Shown here in pieces: positions 20,896 through 30,920 of a DNA stretch of 64,000 nt (within the stretch, counting starts at the first letter, position 1; each line of letters opens with the position of its first letter). The position numbers were made by a program, and so were the translations under genes. The stretch spans positions 96,001-160,000 of the forward strand of contig JBNKUM010000085.1 in NCBI GenBank assembly GCA_050298595.1. Reading direction: 5' to 3'. The DNA comes from Gammaproteobacteria bacterium (GTDB lineage: Bacteria; Pseudomonadota; Gammaproteobacteria; GCA-001735895). The notes below the pieces were generated by a model. It worked only from the letters and a program-made list of their open reading frames with translations, was not told the DNA's origin and ran no database searches.

Positions 20896-22179
20896 ATGAA
20901 GTTAACTCCGAAAATATTACTCCTTTTACTGCTTATGCAGGCTGGTTCGAGTTTTGCAGCCGCACAGTTTATCGATGCCGCGATTGCCATCGTAGAAGAC
21001 GATGTCATTACCAATTATGAGTTGAGCAGGGAAGTTGATCGAATCCGCACGGATTTAGTCAAACAGGGTCGCAAGATTCCACCCGAGGTATCACTCAACC
21101 GTCAGGTGCTGGAATTAATGATCAACAAATCCATACTGCTGCAACAGGCGAATAGCCGAGGCGTTGTCATCACCGACACCCAACTAAATTCAACACTGCA
21201 AAATATGGCGCGTCGCAATCAAATGACCCTGACGCAATTTCGTAGCGCATTAGTTAATTCTGGGATAGATTACAATCGCTTCCGTCAGGATATCAGAGAC
21301 GAACTGGCCATAAATCACATCAAAAACCAGTATGCGCTACAGAATGTCGAGGTATCGGATCAGGAAGTCGAAGACTTTCTCGCGCGCAATAGCGAAAACA
21401 ATAACGCCGAAGAATATAAACTCAGCCATATCCTGATTGCACTACCCGATGCAGCCAGTAGTGAACAGGTCAGTAAGGCTCGCGAAAGTATAGAAAGCAT
21501 CAAGCAAAATATCGAACAGGGTGCAGATTTCGCCCAACAGGCCAGTGAATTTTCAGCTGGCGGCAATGCCCTGCAAGGCGGTGATCTAGGATGGCGCAAG
21601 CTGGCTGAAATCCCCAGCTTATTTGCCAATATCGTGCCCAAAATGAAAACCGGTGCCCTCAGTGAAGTACTACGCAGTGCCAGTGGCTTTCATATCATCA
21701 GGCTGGATGAGAAGCGCAATGGCGAACAGGTTCTGGTTCAACAAACCCATGCGCGACACATCCTGATAAAAACCGATGAAATCACTGATTTACAACAGGC
21801 AAGGCAAAAGCTGGAAGATATCCGCCTGCGCATCATCAACGGTGATGACTTTGCAGAACTGGCCAAACAGTATTCCGATGACCCTGGCTCAGGTGGACTG
21901 GGCGGCGATCTGGGATGGTTTGGAGCAGGAACGATGGTAAAAGAATTTCAGCAGGTAGTGGATGACACCGCTATTAATGAAGTCAGTGAAGTCTTCCGCT
22001 CACCCTTTGGCTGGCATCTGATACAGGTACTTGGACGAAGAACCATCGATGAAACCGATGAAAGCAAACGCAACAGTATTCGCTCACAGCTGCAGGAACA
22101 GAAAAAGAAGGAAGTGCTGGAATTATGGGAGCGTCGACTCAGAGATCAGGCTTTTGTAAAACTCGTCAATGCCAGGTAA
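20896..22179 (+). CDS. surA: Periplasmic chaperone/PPIase SurA
   Basis: Signal peptide, SurA N-domain and two parvulin domains (HILI, GGDLGW, GFHI/GWHL). Confidence 0.95.
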   Translation: MKLTPKILLLLLLMQAGSSFAAAQFIDAAIAIVEDDVITNYELSREVDRIRTDLVKQGRKIPPEVSLNRQVLELMINKSILLQQANSRGVVITDTQLNSTLQNMARRNQMTLTQFRSALVNSGIDYNRFRQDIRDELAINHIKNQYALQNVEVSDQEVEDFLARNSENNNAEEYKLSHILIALPDAASSEQVSKARESIESIKQNIEQGADFAQQASEFSAGGNALQGGDLGWRKLAEIPSLFANIVPKMKTGALSEVLRSASGFHIIRLDEKRNGEQVLVQQTHARHILIKTDEITDLQQARQKLEDIRLRIINGDDFAELAKQYSDDPGSGGLGGDLGWFGAGTMVKEFQQVVDDTAINEVSEVFRSPFGWHLIQVLGRRTIDETDESKRNSIRSQLQEQKKKEVLELWERRLRDQAFVKLVNAR

Positions 22180-23158
22180 ACCCATTATCGCGATTACCAG
22201 CGGTGAACCTGCTGGTATAGGCCCAGAATTAATGGCTTCTATTCATGCCAATGAATTTGATGCCCGACTAGTGGTGCTAGGTGATGAAAATCTGATCCGA
22301 TCACGCGCTGCATCGATAGACCGCAGCATTCATTTGCAATCCTTTGATCCAGACATAGTCGTTCCCAATGGTGCGCTGGAAATCAGGCATATTCCCTTAC
22401 ATAAGCCAGCTGTGGCTGGAAAGCTTGATTCAGCAAATGCTGGCTATGTACTGGAAACCCTGGACGATGCCTGCCATGGCTGCTTAAACAATACCTATCA
22501 AGCCATGGTCACAGCCCCCATCCAGAAAGACATCATTAACATAGCCGGCATCCCATTTAGTGGGCATACCGAATACCTGGCTGAATTATGCAAAGCGCCT
22601 AAACCTGTCATGATGCTGGCTACTGATACCTTACGCGTGGCTCTGGCGACCACACATTTACCGCTACGCGATGTCGCTGACGCTATCAATTCCGAAGAAC
22701 TGGAAAACATCATCAACATCATTCATCACGATCTTAAATCCCGCTTCGGCTTAACTCGACCTCATATCAAGGTATGCGGATTAAACCCTCATGCGGGCGA
22801 GAATGGTTATCTTGGTCAAGAAGAGATAGACATCATTATCCCGCTTATCAGGAAAATGCAGTCGGCAGGTATCAATGTCAGCGGTCCTTATCCTGCCGAT
22901 ACAGTCTTCACCATTGATTCATTAAAAGATGCCGATATCGTCCTTGCTATGTACCACGATCAGGGCCTACCGGTTCTTAAACATGCTGGATTCAACCATT
23001 CGATCAATACCACCCTGGGGTTGCCTATCATCCGAACCTCGGTAGATCATGGCACTGCCTTGCATCTTGCAGGAACTGGAAAAGCTAAACCAGACAGCCT
23101 GTTTGCCGCTATCCGTTCAGCCATGAGTCAATGTCAACACCTGCAGCGACTGCAATGA
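22169..23158 (+). CDS. pdxA: 4-hydroxythreonine-4-phosphate dehydrogenase
   Basis: GEPAGIGPE, GHTEYLA, LNPHAGE, AMYHDQGL and RTSVDHGTA motifs. Confidence 0.97.
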   Translation: MPGKPIIAITSGEPAGIGPELMASIHANEFDARLVVLGDENLIRSRAASIDRSIHLQSFDPDIVVPNGALEIRHIPLHKPAVAGKLDSANAGYVLETLDDACHGCLNNTYQAMVTAPIQKDIINIAGIPFSGHTEYLAELCKAPKPVMMLATDTLRVALATTHLPLRDVADAINSEELENIINIIHHDLKSRFGLTRPHIKVCGLNPHAGENGYLGQEEIDIIIPLIRKMQSAGINVSGPYPADTVFTIDSLKDADIVLAMYHDQGLPVLKHAGFNHSINTTLGLPIIRTSVDHGTALHLAGTGKAKPDSLFAAIRSAMSQCQHLQRLQ

Positions 23159-23931
23159 CTCATAAGGCACGTAAACGTTTCGGTCAGCATTTTCTGCACG
23201 ATCAGAATATCATCCATAAGATCATCTCTGCACTGAACCCGCAGCCGGGGCAGAATATTGTCGAGATTGGTCCTGGGCAGGGCGCGCTAACCCTGCCCCT
23301 GTTAAAGCGCTGTCAGAGGCTCACTGCGATTGAACTGGATCGAGACCTGATTCCGATACTGCAACGCAAATCTGCTGACATTGGCGAGTTGACTCTGGTG
23401 AATCAGGATGTGCTGAATTTTGATCTGGCGGCGCTTGAATTAGATCCTCCATTCAGGATGGTCGGTAATCTTCCATACAACATATCCACCCCTTTGATGT
23501 TTCATCTATTGAAATCCAGCGCGCTGATCAGCGATATGGTTTTCATGCTGCAAAAAGAGGTCGCACAGCGCATCATTGCCGACCCGCACAACAAGCTTTA
23601 CGGTAAATTAACCGTGATGATGCAATACTTCTGCGAAAGTGAGTATTTGTTCGATGTACCCCCCGGCTGTTTCTCTCCCCCACCCAGGGTGGATTCGGCG
23701 GTGATACGTCTGCGTCCACACGCCACTTTACCTGCCAATGTGGATGTCGATGAACTCGAAAAAGTGGTCTCAGCCGCTTTTAACCAACGCAGAAAAACTA
23801 TCAGTAATTCACTTAAAAACCTGATCGACAGGAGTATAATAAATAGTTTAGGAATAGACCCATCTGCTCGAGCAGAAAATTTGTCCCTGACCCATTTTGT
23901 ACAACTAACACAGGCAATGCTGAATCAATAA
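23155..23931 (+). CDS. rsmA: 16S rRNA adenine dimethyltransferase
   Basis: RKRFGQHFL, EIGPGQG, GNLPYNIS and PPPRVDS motifs. Confidence 0.97.
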   Translation: MTHKARKRFGQHFLHDQNIIHKIISALNPQPGQNIVEIGPGQGALTLPLLKRCQRLTAIELDRDLIPILQRKSADIGELTLVNQDVLNFDLAALELDPPFRMVGNLPYNISTPLMFHLLKSSALISDMVFMLQKEVAQRIIADPHNKLYGKLTVMMQYFCESEYLFDVPPGCFSPPPRVDSAVIRLRPHATLPANVDVDELEKVVSAAFNQRRKTISNSLKNLIDRSIINSLGIDPSARAENLSLTHFVQLTQAMLNQ

Positions 23932-23932
23932 C

Positions 23933-24424
23933 ATGACCACATCTCTTTCAATTATCTGTGCTATGGATCAGAACCGGCTGATTGGCAAGAATAATGCCTT
24001 ACCCTGGCACCTGCCTGCTGACCTGGCATTTTTTAAGCAAAACACCCTGGGGAAACCGATTGTGATGGGGCGCAAGACCTATGAATCGATTGGACGCCCC
24101 CTGCCCGGCAGGCAAAATATAATCATCACACGCGATGCTAATTACCGGGCCGAAGGTTGTGATTGCTGCTCAAGTATCGAAGCCGCGCTTGAGCTGGCCC
24201 GCGATCATGCTGAAGTGATGCTGATCGGTGGCGCAAGCCTCTATCAACAAACGCTGGAAAAGGCACAGCACCTCTACTTAACTCGAATTCACTCAAGCTT
24301 TGAAGGCGACGCCTGGTTTCCAGAAATTAACCCTGATGACTGGAAGGAGATCTGGCGCGAAGACCACCGCTCGGATGAAAAAAATATATGCGATTTCTCT
24401 TTTGTTAAATATTCCAGAAAATAA
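23933..24424 (+). CDS. folA: Dihydrofolate reductase
   Basis: LPWHLPADL, MGRKTYESIG, LPGRQN, IGGA and GDAWFP motifs. Confidence 0.97.
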   Translation: MTTSLSIICAMDQNRLIGKNNALPWHLPADLAFFKQNTLGKPIVMGRKTYESIGRPLPGRQNIIITRDANYRAEGCDCCSSIEAALELARDHAEVMLIGGASLYQQTLEKAQHLYLTRIHSSFEGDAWFPEINPDDWKEIWREDHRSDEKNICDFSFVKYSRK

Positions 24425-24492
24425 ACGACCAGCGCGCTTGGCTTATCAACATTGATTTACTAGAATGACCGTCCATTTAATGAGAGAGCGCT

Positions 24493-24777
24493 ATGGAGCT
24501 AGATAAAATGGAAAGCCGCACCTACATTATTGGTAGAGAAGGGCATATATATCTGAACGACAAAACTGTCAGTAAGCAGCATGCAGAGATTCAGATTATG
24601 AACGGCGAAATATACCTGAGAGATCTTGAGTCCACCAACGGTACCTATCTGGTAAAAAATAATCGTCTGGTTGCTTTTGCTGAAGGTTATGTACAGCTTA
24701 ACCAGGCAATAGTTATTGGAAATAAGCAATACACGATTAAGAAATTACTGGAAATGGCCGGGGCTATCGCTGCCTGA
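24493..24777 (+). CDS. Stand-alone FHA-domain protein
   Basis: IIGR, VSKQHA and DLESTNGTY are the FHA signature; 94 aa. Confidence 0.85.
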   Translation: MELDKMESRTYIIGREGHIYLNDKTVSKQHAEIQIMNGEIYLRDLESTNGTYLVKNNRLVAFAEGYVQLNQAIVIGNKQYTIKKLLEMAGAIAA

Positions 24778-24815
24778 TTGAGGACATTATTCACCCTTTC
24801 GCAACACCTGTTCAG

Positions 24816-25097
24816 CTAGCTGATCGCTTTTTTCTGGCTTCTTTCATCGATAAAAACAGCAGAAGAATCAACAGTTTCAACGACTCTCATCTCCATCTCT
24901 TCTAACTCACCAGGCGCCAGATAGTAGACCATATCAATTTGATGTCGGATATATCTTGATGGTAATCGTGTTAATGAATAACAGGCGACATCGAGAAAAA
25001 ACTCTTCATCATGCTGTGGGTATTTGTCCACCAGAGTTTGACTAATATACTCAAACACCAGATTTTCGTAATAATTATACAAACTGGCAAAATTCAT
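24816..25097 (-). CDS. ComFB-family protein
   Basis: NYYE.LV, DVACYSL.RLP.RY.R and DM.Y pattern typical of ComFB. Confidence 0.85.
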   Translation of the reverse strand: MNFASLYNYYENLVFEYISQTLVDKYPQHDEEFFLDVACYSLTRLPSRYIRHQIDMVYYLAPGELEEMEMRVVETVDSSAVFIDERSQKKAIS

Positions 25098-25113
25098 TCG
25101 ACTTACCTCTTTG

Positions 25114-26154
25114 TTATAGCCCTAGTCCAAATAGCGCACCACCTATTAACCAGGGCCAGAGTCCATTTTCTTCTTCTGGTGGTTTTGCATTCTGGTAAAT
25201 TTTTGATTCTGCTTCGTTCAGCAGCCCAGGAACTGGTTCTTGATTATCCATCTTCTGCACCTTGCCCCAGTCTGCCACAGCATATTGCCCCTGAGCAAGC
25301 TCTCCCTGCACACCTTCTTCATCTTTCAAAGTAATCGCCCCCTTCAGTACCGCCACATGCAAACGGCTGTCTTCAGATGCACTGTTTGCTGAGTGTTCAC
25401 AGTCATTAACTTGACATAGCATTAGCACATAATCAGTGCCGCGTACGCCAATAGTCATGACTCCTGCACTAACCCGATAAATACTTAAGGGATTAGCCGC
25501 AATAGCCCCGGTAATTTTACGCAACCCCCCCTTGATTAGATCAATGATACTGCGGCTGCCTTTTTCAAAGGCTGACTTCATCACGTACTCAGTAATACGT
25601 ACAGAACTATCCGTTTTTAAATACAACTTTGCACCATCAACCATATCTATAGCTACCGTACTATCTGTGGAAGTTTTTATCCTGTCACCTTCATATACCG
25701 GAGAGTTTTGCTGGAGTGCATTCTGCTTTCCATTTTTATCGGTAGCTATAACATAACCATTAACACCTTTGATGACGCCTACCTGGACAAATCGATTAAC
25801 CGCATTGAGTTTAGCGGGTTTACCGGGTTCACGGAGTTCACGGAGTTCATGGATTTTTTTAATGGTAACCATTTTTAACGATGACCCTACGATCAGTTGA
25901 CCAGTAAAACTGTCAAACGCTTCAGGGTTAAACTCCTGTATCTTCTGTTTTATCTGCGGCCAGAGGGGCTTATGCTCCGCATATATCTGCTCCACCAGTT
26001 TATCCAGAGTTTGATCTGGCCCAACTCGCATAATTTGGCGTGAAGATTCTACAAATTCGTAATGAATTTCCTCTGCATTTAGCGGGGTAAGTAAACAAAT
26101 AAACACCAGAAAAAATCCAAACCCCAGAACACTCCTGGGTAAATAATGAATCAT
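25114..26154 (-). CDS. Exported LysM(FimV-like)-FecR domain protein with a C-terminal hydrophobic anchor
   Basis: Signal peptide; VGPDQTL..NPEAF..L.VG segment; VYEGDRIKT, GGLRKITG and IGVRGTDY FecR motifs; ends WPWLIGGALFGLGL. Confidence 0.75.
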   Translation of the reverse strand: MIHYLPRSVLGFGFFLVFICLLTPLNAEEIHYEFVESSRQIMRVGPDQTLDKLVEQIYAEHKPLWPQIKQKIQEFNPEAFDSFTGQLIVGSSLKMVTIKKIHELRELREPGKPAKLNAVNRFVQVGVIKGVNGYVIATDKNGKQNALQQNSPVYEGDRIKTSTDSTVAIDMVDGAKLYLKTDSSVRITEYVMKSAFEKGSRSIIDLIKGGLRKITGAIAANPLSIYRVSAGVMTIGVRGTDYVLMLCQVNDCEHSANSASEDSRLHVAVLKGAITLKDEEGVQGELAQGQYAVADWGKVQKMDNQEPVPGLLNEAESKIYQNAKPPEEENGLWPWLIGGALFGLGL

Positions 26155-26777
26155 TTTGGCTCTCCATCAATAAAGGTTAATTTTTGCACGCATTCAAGTA
26201 CCTGACTGGCCATCCTGCCTGCAACATGCAGAATATTCAAGTCATTGATATCAAATGCAGCATCCTGTTTGTGGTTGACTACTTCAATCGCGCCAACAAC
26301 CTCGTCTTCGATAGTCACGGGAGTACACATCAGTGAAGATGTTTGGAAATTAAGGCGTTCATCGATTGACGCTGACCATTGCTTAGAGGCATGAACGTCT
26401 TCAACGAGCAATGCCTCTTTAGTCTTTATCACATGCCCAACCAATCCAGTATCTAGTGAAATCCGGTGATTAAGTAAGTGATCATGCGATTCACCAACGA
26501 CCGCGACGAACTCTAATTCACTGGTTTCCTCATCGATGAGTATTAACGAACCATTTTCGGTATTACAGGCATGCATCACCATCTCCAATAATTCATTGAG
26601 CAATTCTGGAAGCTCCAGATTTATACTCATCGAGTGGGTCCTGGTATCAAGCTCTGCCAGTACTCGAAACGCCTGTTGATGCCTGGCAAGTTTTTTACTG
26701 ACCTGCTGGTTACGCACTTTCAGCAGATCATTCTCATCCCGTAGCATCTGAATAATATCGCGCCGATTAATTGCCAT
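26151..26777 (-). CDS. Coiled-coil plus GAF domain protein with no output domain
   Basis: GSLILID, GLVGHV..TKE, SLMCTP, VGAIEVVN and F..NDL GAF pattern. Confidence 0.85.
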   Translation of the reverse strand: MAINRRDIIQMLRDENDLLKVRNQQVSKKLARHQQAFRVLAELDTRTHSMSINLELPELLNELLEMVMHACNTENGSLILIDEETSELEFVAVVGESHDHLLNHRISLDTGLVGHVIKTKEALLVEDVHASKQWSASIDERLNFQTSSLMCTPVTIEDEVVGAIEVVNHKQDAAFDINDLNILHVAGRMASQVLECVQKLTFIDGEPK

Positions 26778-26929
26778 ATAGATAAATCCATTCACAAAGT
26801 GTGCATAATATGATAGAGGACGACCGCTAAAAACACCAATCGTGTTAACATACTGAATTTAAAGGCCAGACGGTTAGGTTATTCGACAAAATGCATTATT
26901 TCTTGCGTAAGAGGAATGCGTTTAATCAA

Positions 26930-27778
26930 TTAACGGGAAGATTTTCTTTCTGATGTGGCAGTTTTTTCGCAGGAAAGACTAAACCAGCGTGGTGTTTTCT
27001 TATCGATACGTAGAGCTGTGATGCGCCCGCCCCATAAGCAACCACTGTCAATAGCAAAACAACCGCCATACTGATTGGTGGGCAAGGTTGACCAGTGACC
27101 GAAAGCCAGGCGGTTATGCTTGATAGCAGATTGACTAAATTCAAACCAGGGATTGACATCGCTGGAGTTAACTTTTTGCGGCGCACCTTTGATTTCAAGA
27201 TCAAGGCTGCCATCATTTCGCAGGTAACGCATGCGGGTAAATACGTTGGTAATAAAGCGCAGCCTTTCCATTCCGTCGAGTTGATCTGACCAAATTGCGG
27301 GATGATTACCGTACATTTCCCTTAGAAAATCGACTATGCGTTCTCCACGTAACGCTTGCTCAACTTCCCGTGCGCACTCATAAGCCTGGGTAAGACTCCA
27401 TCCAGGGTAAATACCCGCATGAACCATGGCAAAATTCAACCCAATATCGTAATGCAGAAGCGGTCTGAACCTGAGCCACTCAATCAATTCCTTGCAGTCA
27501 TCAGCTTGCAGAATCTGGTTTAAGCTATTACTTGATTTAACTTTGACCTGCCCATAATAGAGTGCCAGTAAGTGCAGATCATGGTTACCCAATACGCTGA
27601 CCGCGCTATCGCCCAAAGAGCGCACAAAACGTAATGTTTTCAAGGACTGTGGCCCACGATTGACCAGATCTCCGACGAACCATAATTGATCCGTTTGCTG
27701 ATCATAATTTATCGCTTTGAGCAGCTTTTTCAGGTTGCTGTAACAACCCTGTACATCGCCAATCACATAAACAGCCAT
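26930..27778 (-). CDS. apaH: Symmetrical bis(5'-nucleosyl)-tetraphosphatase
   Basis: IGDVQGC, GDLVNRGP, LGNHDLH, FGHWS and DSGCLWG motifs. Confidence 0.97.
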   Translation of the reverse strand: MAVYVIGDVQGCYSNLKKLLKAINYDQQTDQLWFVGDLVNRGPQSLKTLRFVRSLGDSAVSVLGNHDLHLLALYYGQVKVKSSNSLNQILQADDCKELIEWLRFRPLLHYDIGLNFAMVHAGIYPGWSLTQAYECAREVEQALRGERIVDFLREMYGNHPAIWSDQLDGMERLRFITNVFTRMRYLRNDGSLDLEIKGAPQKVNSSDVNPWFEFSQSAIKHNRLAFGHWSTLPTNQYGGCFAIDSGCLWGGRITALRIDKKTPRWFSLSCEKTATSERKSSR

Positions 27779-27785
27779 CTCAGCC

Positions 27786-28403
27786 TCATTCAGCAGACGC
27801 TGATTTTTTTAATTCAATATAACGAAACCAGCCATTTGCCAGGGCTGGCTCATCACTTACTAATGTGAGCTGATTGCATTTAGCCAGTAAATGCTCAAAT
27901 ACCACATTGGTTTTGGTGGCAAAATGTCTAATCAGAGGATTGATCAAACGACGTCCTAATGCCAGCTGTCCGGGACGTAAGAATTTATCGACAATCAGTA
28001 ATTGCCCGCCAGGCTTTAATATTCTGCTAGCTTCAGTCAGGGCCTTAAATGAGTCGGGAACGATGGCGAGTATTAAATGCATGATGACCGCATCAAAGGC
28101 ATTATCTTCAAACGGCAATTTCATTGCATCCGCCTGTTGAAGCGTGAGATCAAGATCATCACGCTGGGCAGCTCGGTTACGTGCTTTAGCTAACATCGCA
28201 GGTGTTATATCAATGCCAGTATAGCTGGCTTTTGGGTTGAGAAAAGGTATATCCAGCCCGGTACCGATACCGACAATTAACGTGTCTGGGGTACCCTGAT
28301 GATTCAGACGTAGCAGGCTCTTCTGCCTTAGCGGCCTGGTTGCACTATCTACCATGACATCGTAAATGGGTGCCAGTAACGTATAGCTGTGTTTTAGCGC
28401 CAC
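27786..28403 (-). CDS. Class I SAM-dependent methyltransferase (PmtA-like)
   Basis: [24 protein letters not shown] and LKPGG motifs. Confidence 0.8.
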   Translation of the reverse strand: MALKHSYTLLAPIYDVMVDSATRPLRQKSLLRLNHQGTPDTLIVGIGTGLDIPFLNPKASYTGIDITPAMLAKARNRAAQRDDLDLTLQQADAMKLPFEDNAFDAVIMHLILAIVPDSFKALTEASRILKPGGQLLIVDKFLRPGQLALGRRLINPLIRHFATKTNVVFEHLLAKCNQLTLVSDEPALANGWFRYIELKKSASAE

Positions 28404-28771
28404 TAATGTAATACTCTGGGTGTAGATAATACAAACTCATCAATAGTCGCATCGAATAACTTGCCATCTTCAGCCCGCATTTCATAACTGCCGCGCATGG
28501 TACCTATAGAGGTTTCCAGCATGGTTCCAGAGGTATACACAAACTGTTCACCCGGTTTTAAATGTGGTTGCTCACCTACCACACCTTCTCCGCGAACCTC
28601 CTGCACCTTTTGGTTGGAGTCGGTGATTATCCAGTGCCTGTTGATTAATTTCGCCGCCTGGTCACCCTTGTTGACAATAGTGATGGTATAGGCAAATACA
28701 TAATAATCCTGCTCTGGATTGGATTGCTCTTCGATATAATGGGTTTGCACATCAACCTGTATGTTATTCAT
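28403..28771 (-). CDS. apaG: ApaG (Co2+/Mg2+ efflux-associated protein)
   Basis: [23 protein letters not shown] and YTSG motifs. Confidence 0.96.
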   Translation of the reverse strand: MNNIQVDVQTHYIEEQSNPEQDYYVFAYTITIVNKGDQAAKLINRHWIITDSNQKVQEVRGEGVVGEQPHLKPGEQFVYTSGTMLETSIGTMRGSYEMRAEDGKLFDATIDEFVLSTPRVLH

Positions 28772-28788
28772 CAATCGCTCCTTAGTCG

Positions 28789-29583
28789 TTAAACGGCTAC
28801 CGGTGCCTTGATATGCTCATGACATTGATACCCCAGTAGCTCAAAATCATCGTATTTAAAATTATATATATCCTTAACATCTGGATTGAGACGCATTTCT
28901 GGTAATGGAAATGTGTCACGCGATAACTGCAGATCAGTTTGCTGCAGATGGTTAGAATACAGGTGTGCATCACCCAGAGTATGCACAAACTCTCCCACTT
29001 TTAAATCGCATACCTGCGCAACCATCATCAGCAACAAAGCATAAGAAGCTATATTAAACGGCACACCCAGGAAAATATCCGCACTTCGCTGATATAATTG
29101 GCAGGATAGTTTACCTTCGGCGATATAAAACTGAAAAAAGGCATGGCAGGGCGGTAAAGCCATATTGTCCAGCTCACCCACGTTCCATGCACTGACAATC
29201 AAACGTCTTGAATCTGGATTCGTCTTAATCTGTTCTATCAATTGAGAGATCTGATCTATATGCCGACCATCTGCCGACGTCCATGAGCGCCACTGGGAGC
29301 CATATACAGGCCCGAGATTACCTTCTTCATCCGCCCATTCGTCCCAGATACTGACGCCATTCTGTTTCAGATAATCGATATTAGTATCACCTTTCAGGAA
29401 CCAGAGTAGCTCATGAATAATCGACCGTAAGTGCAACTTTTTAGTCGTTACTACAGGAAAACCTTCTGCCAGGTCAAAACGCATCTGGTAACCAAATACC
29501 GAACGCGTACCGGTACCTGTGCGGTCTGTTTTTTTTACACCATGATCGCGTACATGACGCATGAGTTCGAGATATTGCTGCAT
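28789..29583 (-). CDS. thyA: Thymidylate synthase
   Basis: DRTGTGT, ELLWFL, ALPPCH and [14 protein letters not shown] motifs. Confidence 0.98.
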   Translation of the reverse strand: MQQYLELMRHVRDHGVKKTDRTGTGTRSVFGYQMRFDLAEGFPVVTTKKLHLRSIIHELLWFLKGDTNIDYLKQNGVSIWDEWADEEGNLGPVYGSQWRSWTSADGRHIDQISQLIEQIKTNPDSRRLIVSAWNVGELDNMALPPCHAFFQFYIAEGKLSCQLYQRSADIFLGVPFNIASYALLLMMVAQVCDLKVGEFVHTLGDAHLYSNHLQQTDLQLSRDTFPLPEMRLNPDVKDIYNFKYDDFELLGYQCHEHIKAPVAV

Positions 29584-30443
29584 TAATTCGCCCTTCTTCT
29601 ATAGGCTAGCGTGATAATAATTATACCCAGCAAAAGCATAGGCAAAGATAACAGCATACCCATTGTTAACCAGCTTGTATCTATCAGATAACCTAGATTT
29701 GCGTCTGGTAGCCGAATCGTTTCAACCAATGACCTGAACAGGCCATAACCCACTAAAAACAACCCCGAAGTGGCCATTAAAGGGCGCGGTCGAGAAGTAT
29801 AGAGCCATAATATTATGAACAATACAAAACCTTCCAGAATCATTTCATAAAGCATTGAGGGATGCCGCGGTGTAGAACATAGTGCGCCTGCAAAATCAGA
29901 ATAGCGTTGAGGCGGGTATTGATCGCAGGGCAATTTCATCGCCCAGGGTAAGCTAGATGGCCCGCCCCATAACTCACCATTGATAAAATTACCCAAACGT
30001 CCGGCCGCTAGCCCCAATGGTGCCAAAGGCGCAATAAAATCTGTAATCTGAAAAAAACTACAACCGAGTTTCCTACGGTACACCTCCATCGCTACCATTA
30101 CGCCGAGAAAGCCCCCATGAAAAGACATCCCGCCCTTCCAGATTTTGAACAGATAAAGCGGGTTAGCTAGAAAGCTATCCAGATTATAGAAAAACACCGA
30201 ACCAATTCGACCGCCTAACACAACTCCAATAGCACCATAGAAGATCAGATCATCCACTTGCTGAGGAGAAATTAAGCCATCAGAGGTCACTGCCCGTTTT
30301 TTCCCCAGCCACCAGGCTGAAGCAAAAGCGCATACATACATCACGCCATACCAGTGAATTTGGAGTGGGCCAAACTCGTACGAGAATATATTGAACGGAC
30401 CAAGTTCAAGTAAAACTGGGTCTATAGAGGGGTAAGCAATCAT
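29583..30443 (-). CDS. lgt: Prolipoprotein diacylglyceryl transferase
   Basis: [25 protein letters not shown] and HPSMLYE motifs. Confidence 0.97.
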   Translation of the reverse strand: MIAYPSIDPVLLELGPFNIFSYEFGPLQIHWYGVMYVCAFASAWWLGKKRAVTSDGLISPQQVDDLIFYGAIGVVLGGRIGSVFFYNLDSFLANPLYLFKIWKGGMSFHGGFLGVMVAMEVYRRKLGCSFFQITDFIAPLAPLGLAAGRLGNFINGELWGGPSSLPWAMKLPCDQYPPQRYSDFAGALCSTPRHPSMLYEMILEGFVLFIILWLYTSRPRPLMATSGLFLVGYGLFRSLVETIRLPDANLGYLIDTSWLTMGMLLSLPMLLLGIIIITLAYRRRAN

Positions 30444-30550
30444 ATAACGGGGAATTCTCTTGGAATACTTTAATAGCGTTGATTATGCCTTATTCAACTG
30501 CGTTTCTCATCTTCAATAGGATAAAAACTTTAGATCAATGAAGCCCAACT

Positions 30551-30913
30551 TCAGAAGAACAATACCAGCATCCAGGTGAGAACCACTATGGAAATAGCGA
30601 TAAATACCGCAGCCGAACCCATGTCCTTCGCACGGCCAGAAAGCTCATGCTGCTCTCCACCAAAACGGTCAACAACAGCTTCTATGGCAGAATTTAACAC
30701 TTCAACCAACAGTAATAGCAACACACTAACAACCAGCACTACCTTTTCAACGCCACCTTCTCCCAGATAAAGTCCGAGCGGGATCAGTACCAGAGCCAAC
30801 ATTAGCTCCTGACGAAATGCCTCTTCATTTTTATACGAAGCCTTCAACCCCTGCCAGGAGTAGACCGTTGCCTTGAGAATTCTATTGAGACCAGTATTGC
30901 CGCTGTCTGCCAT
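30551..30913 (-). CDS. dgkA: Diacylglycerol kinase
   Basis: EEAFRQE, EVLNSAIEAVVDR and AKDMGSAAV motifs. Confidence 0.96.
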   Translation of the reverse strand: MADSGNTGLNRILKATVYSWQGLKASYKNEEAFRQELMLALVLIPLGLYLGEGGVEKVVLVVSVLLLLLVEVLNSAIEAVVDRFGGEQHELSGRAKDMGSAAVFIAISIVVLTWMLVLFF

Positions 30914-30920
30914 GTTTATC

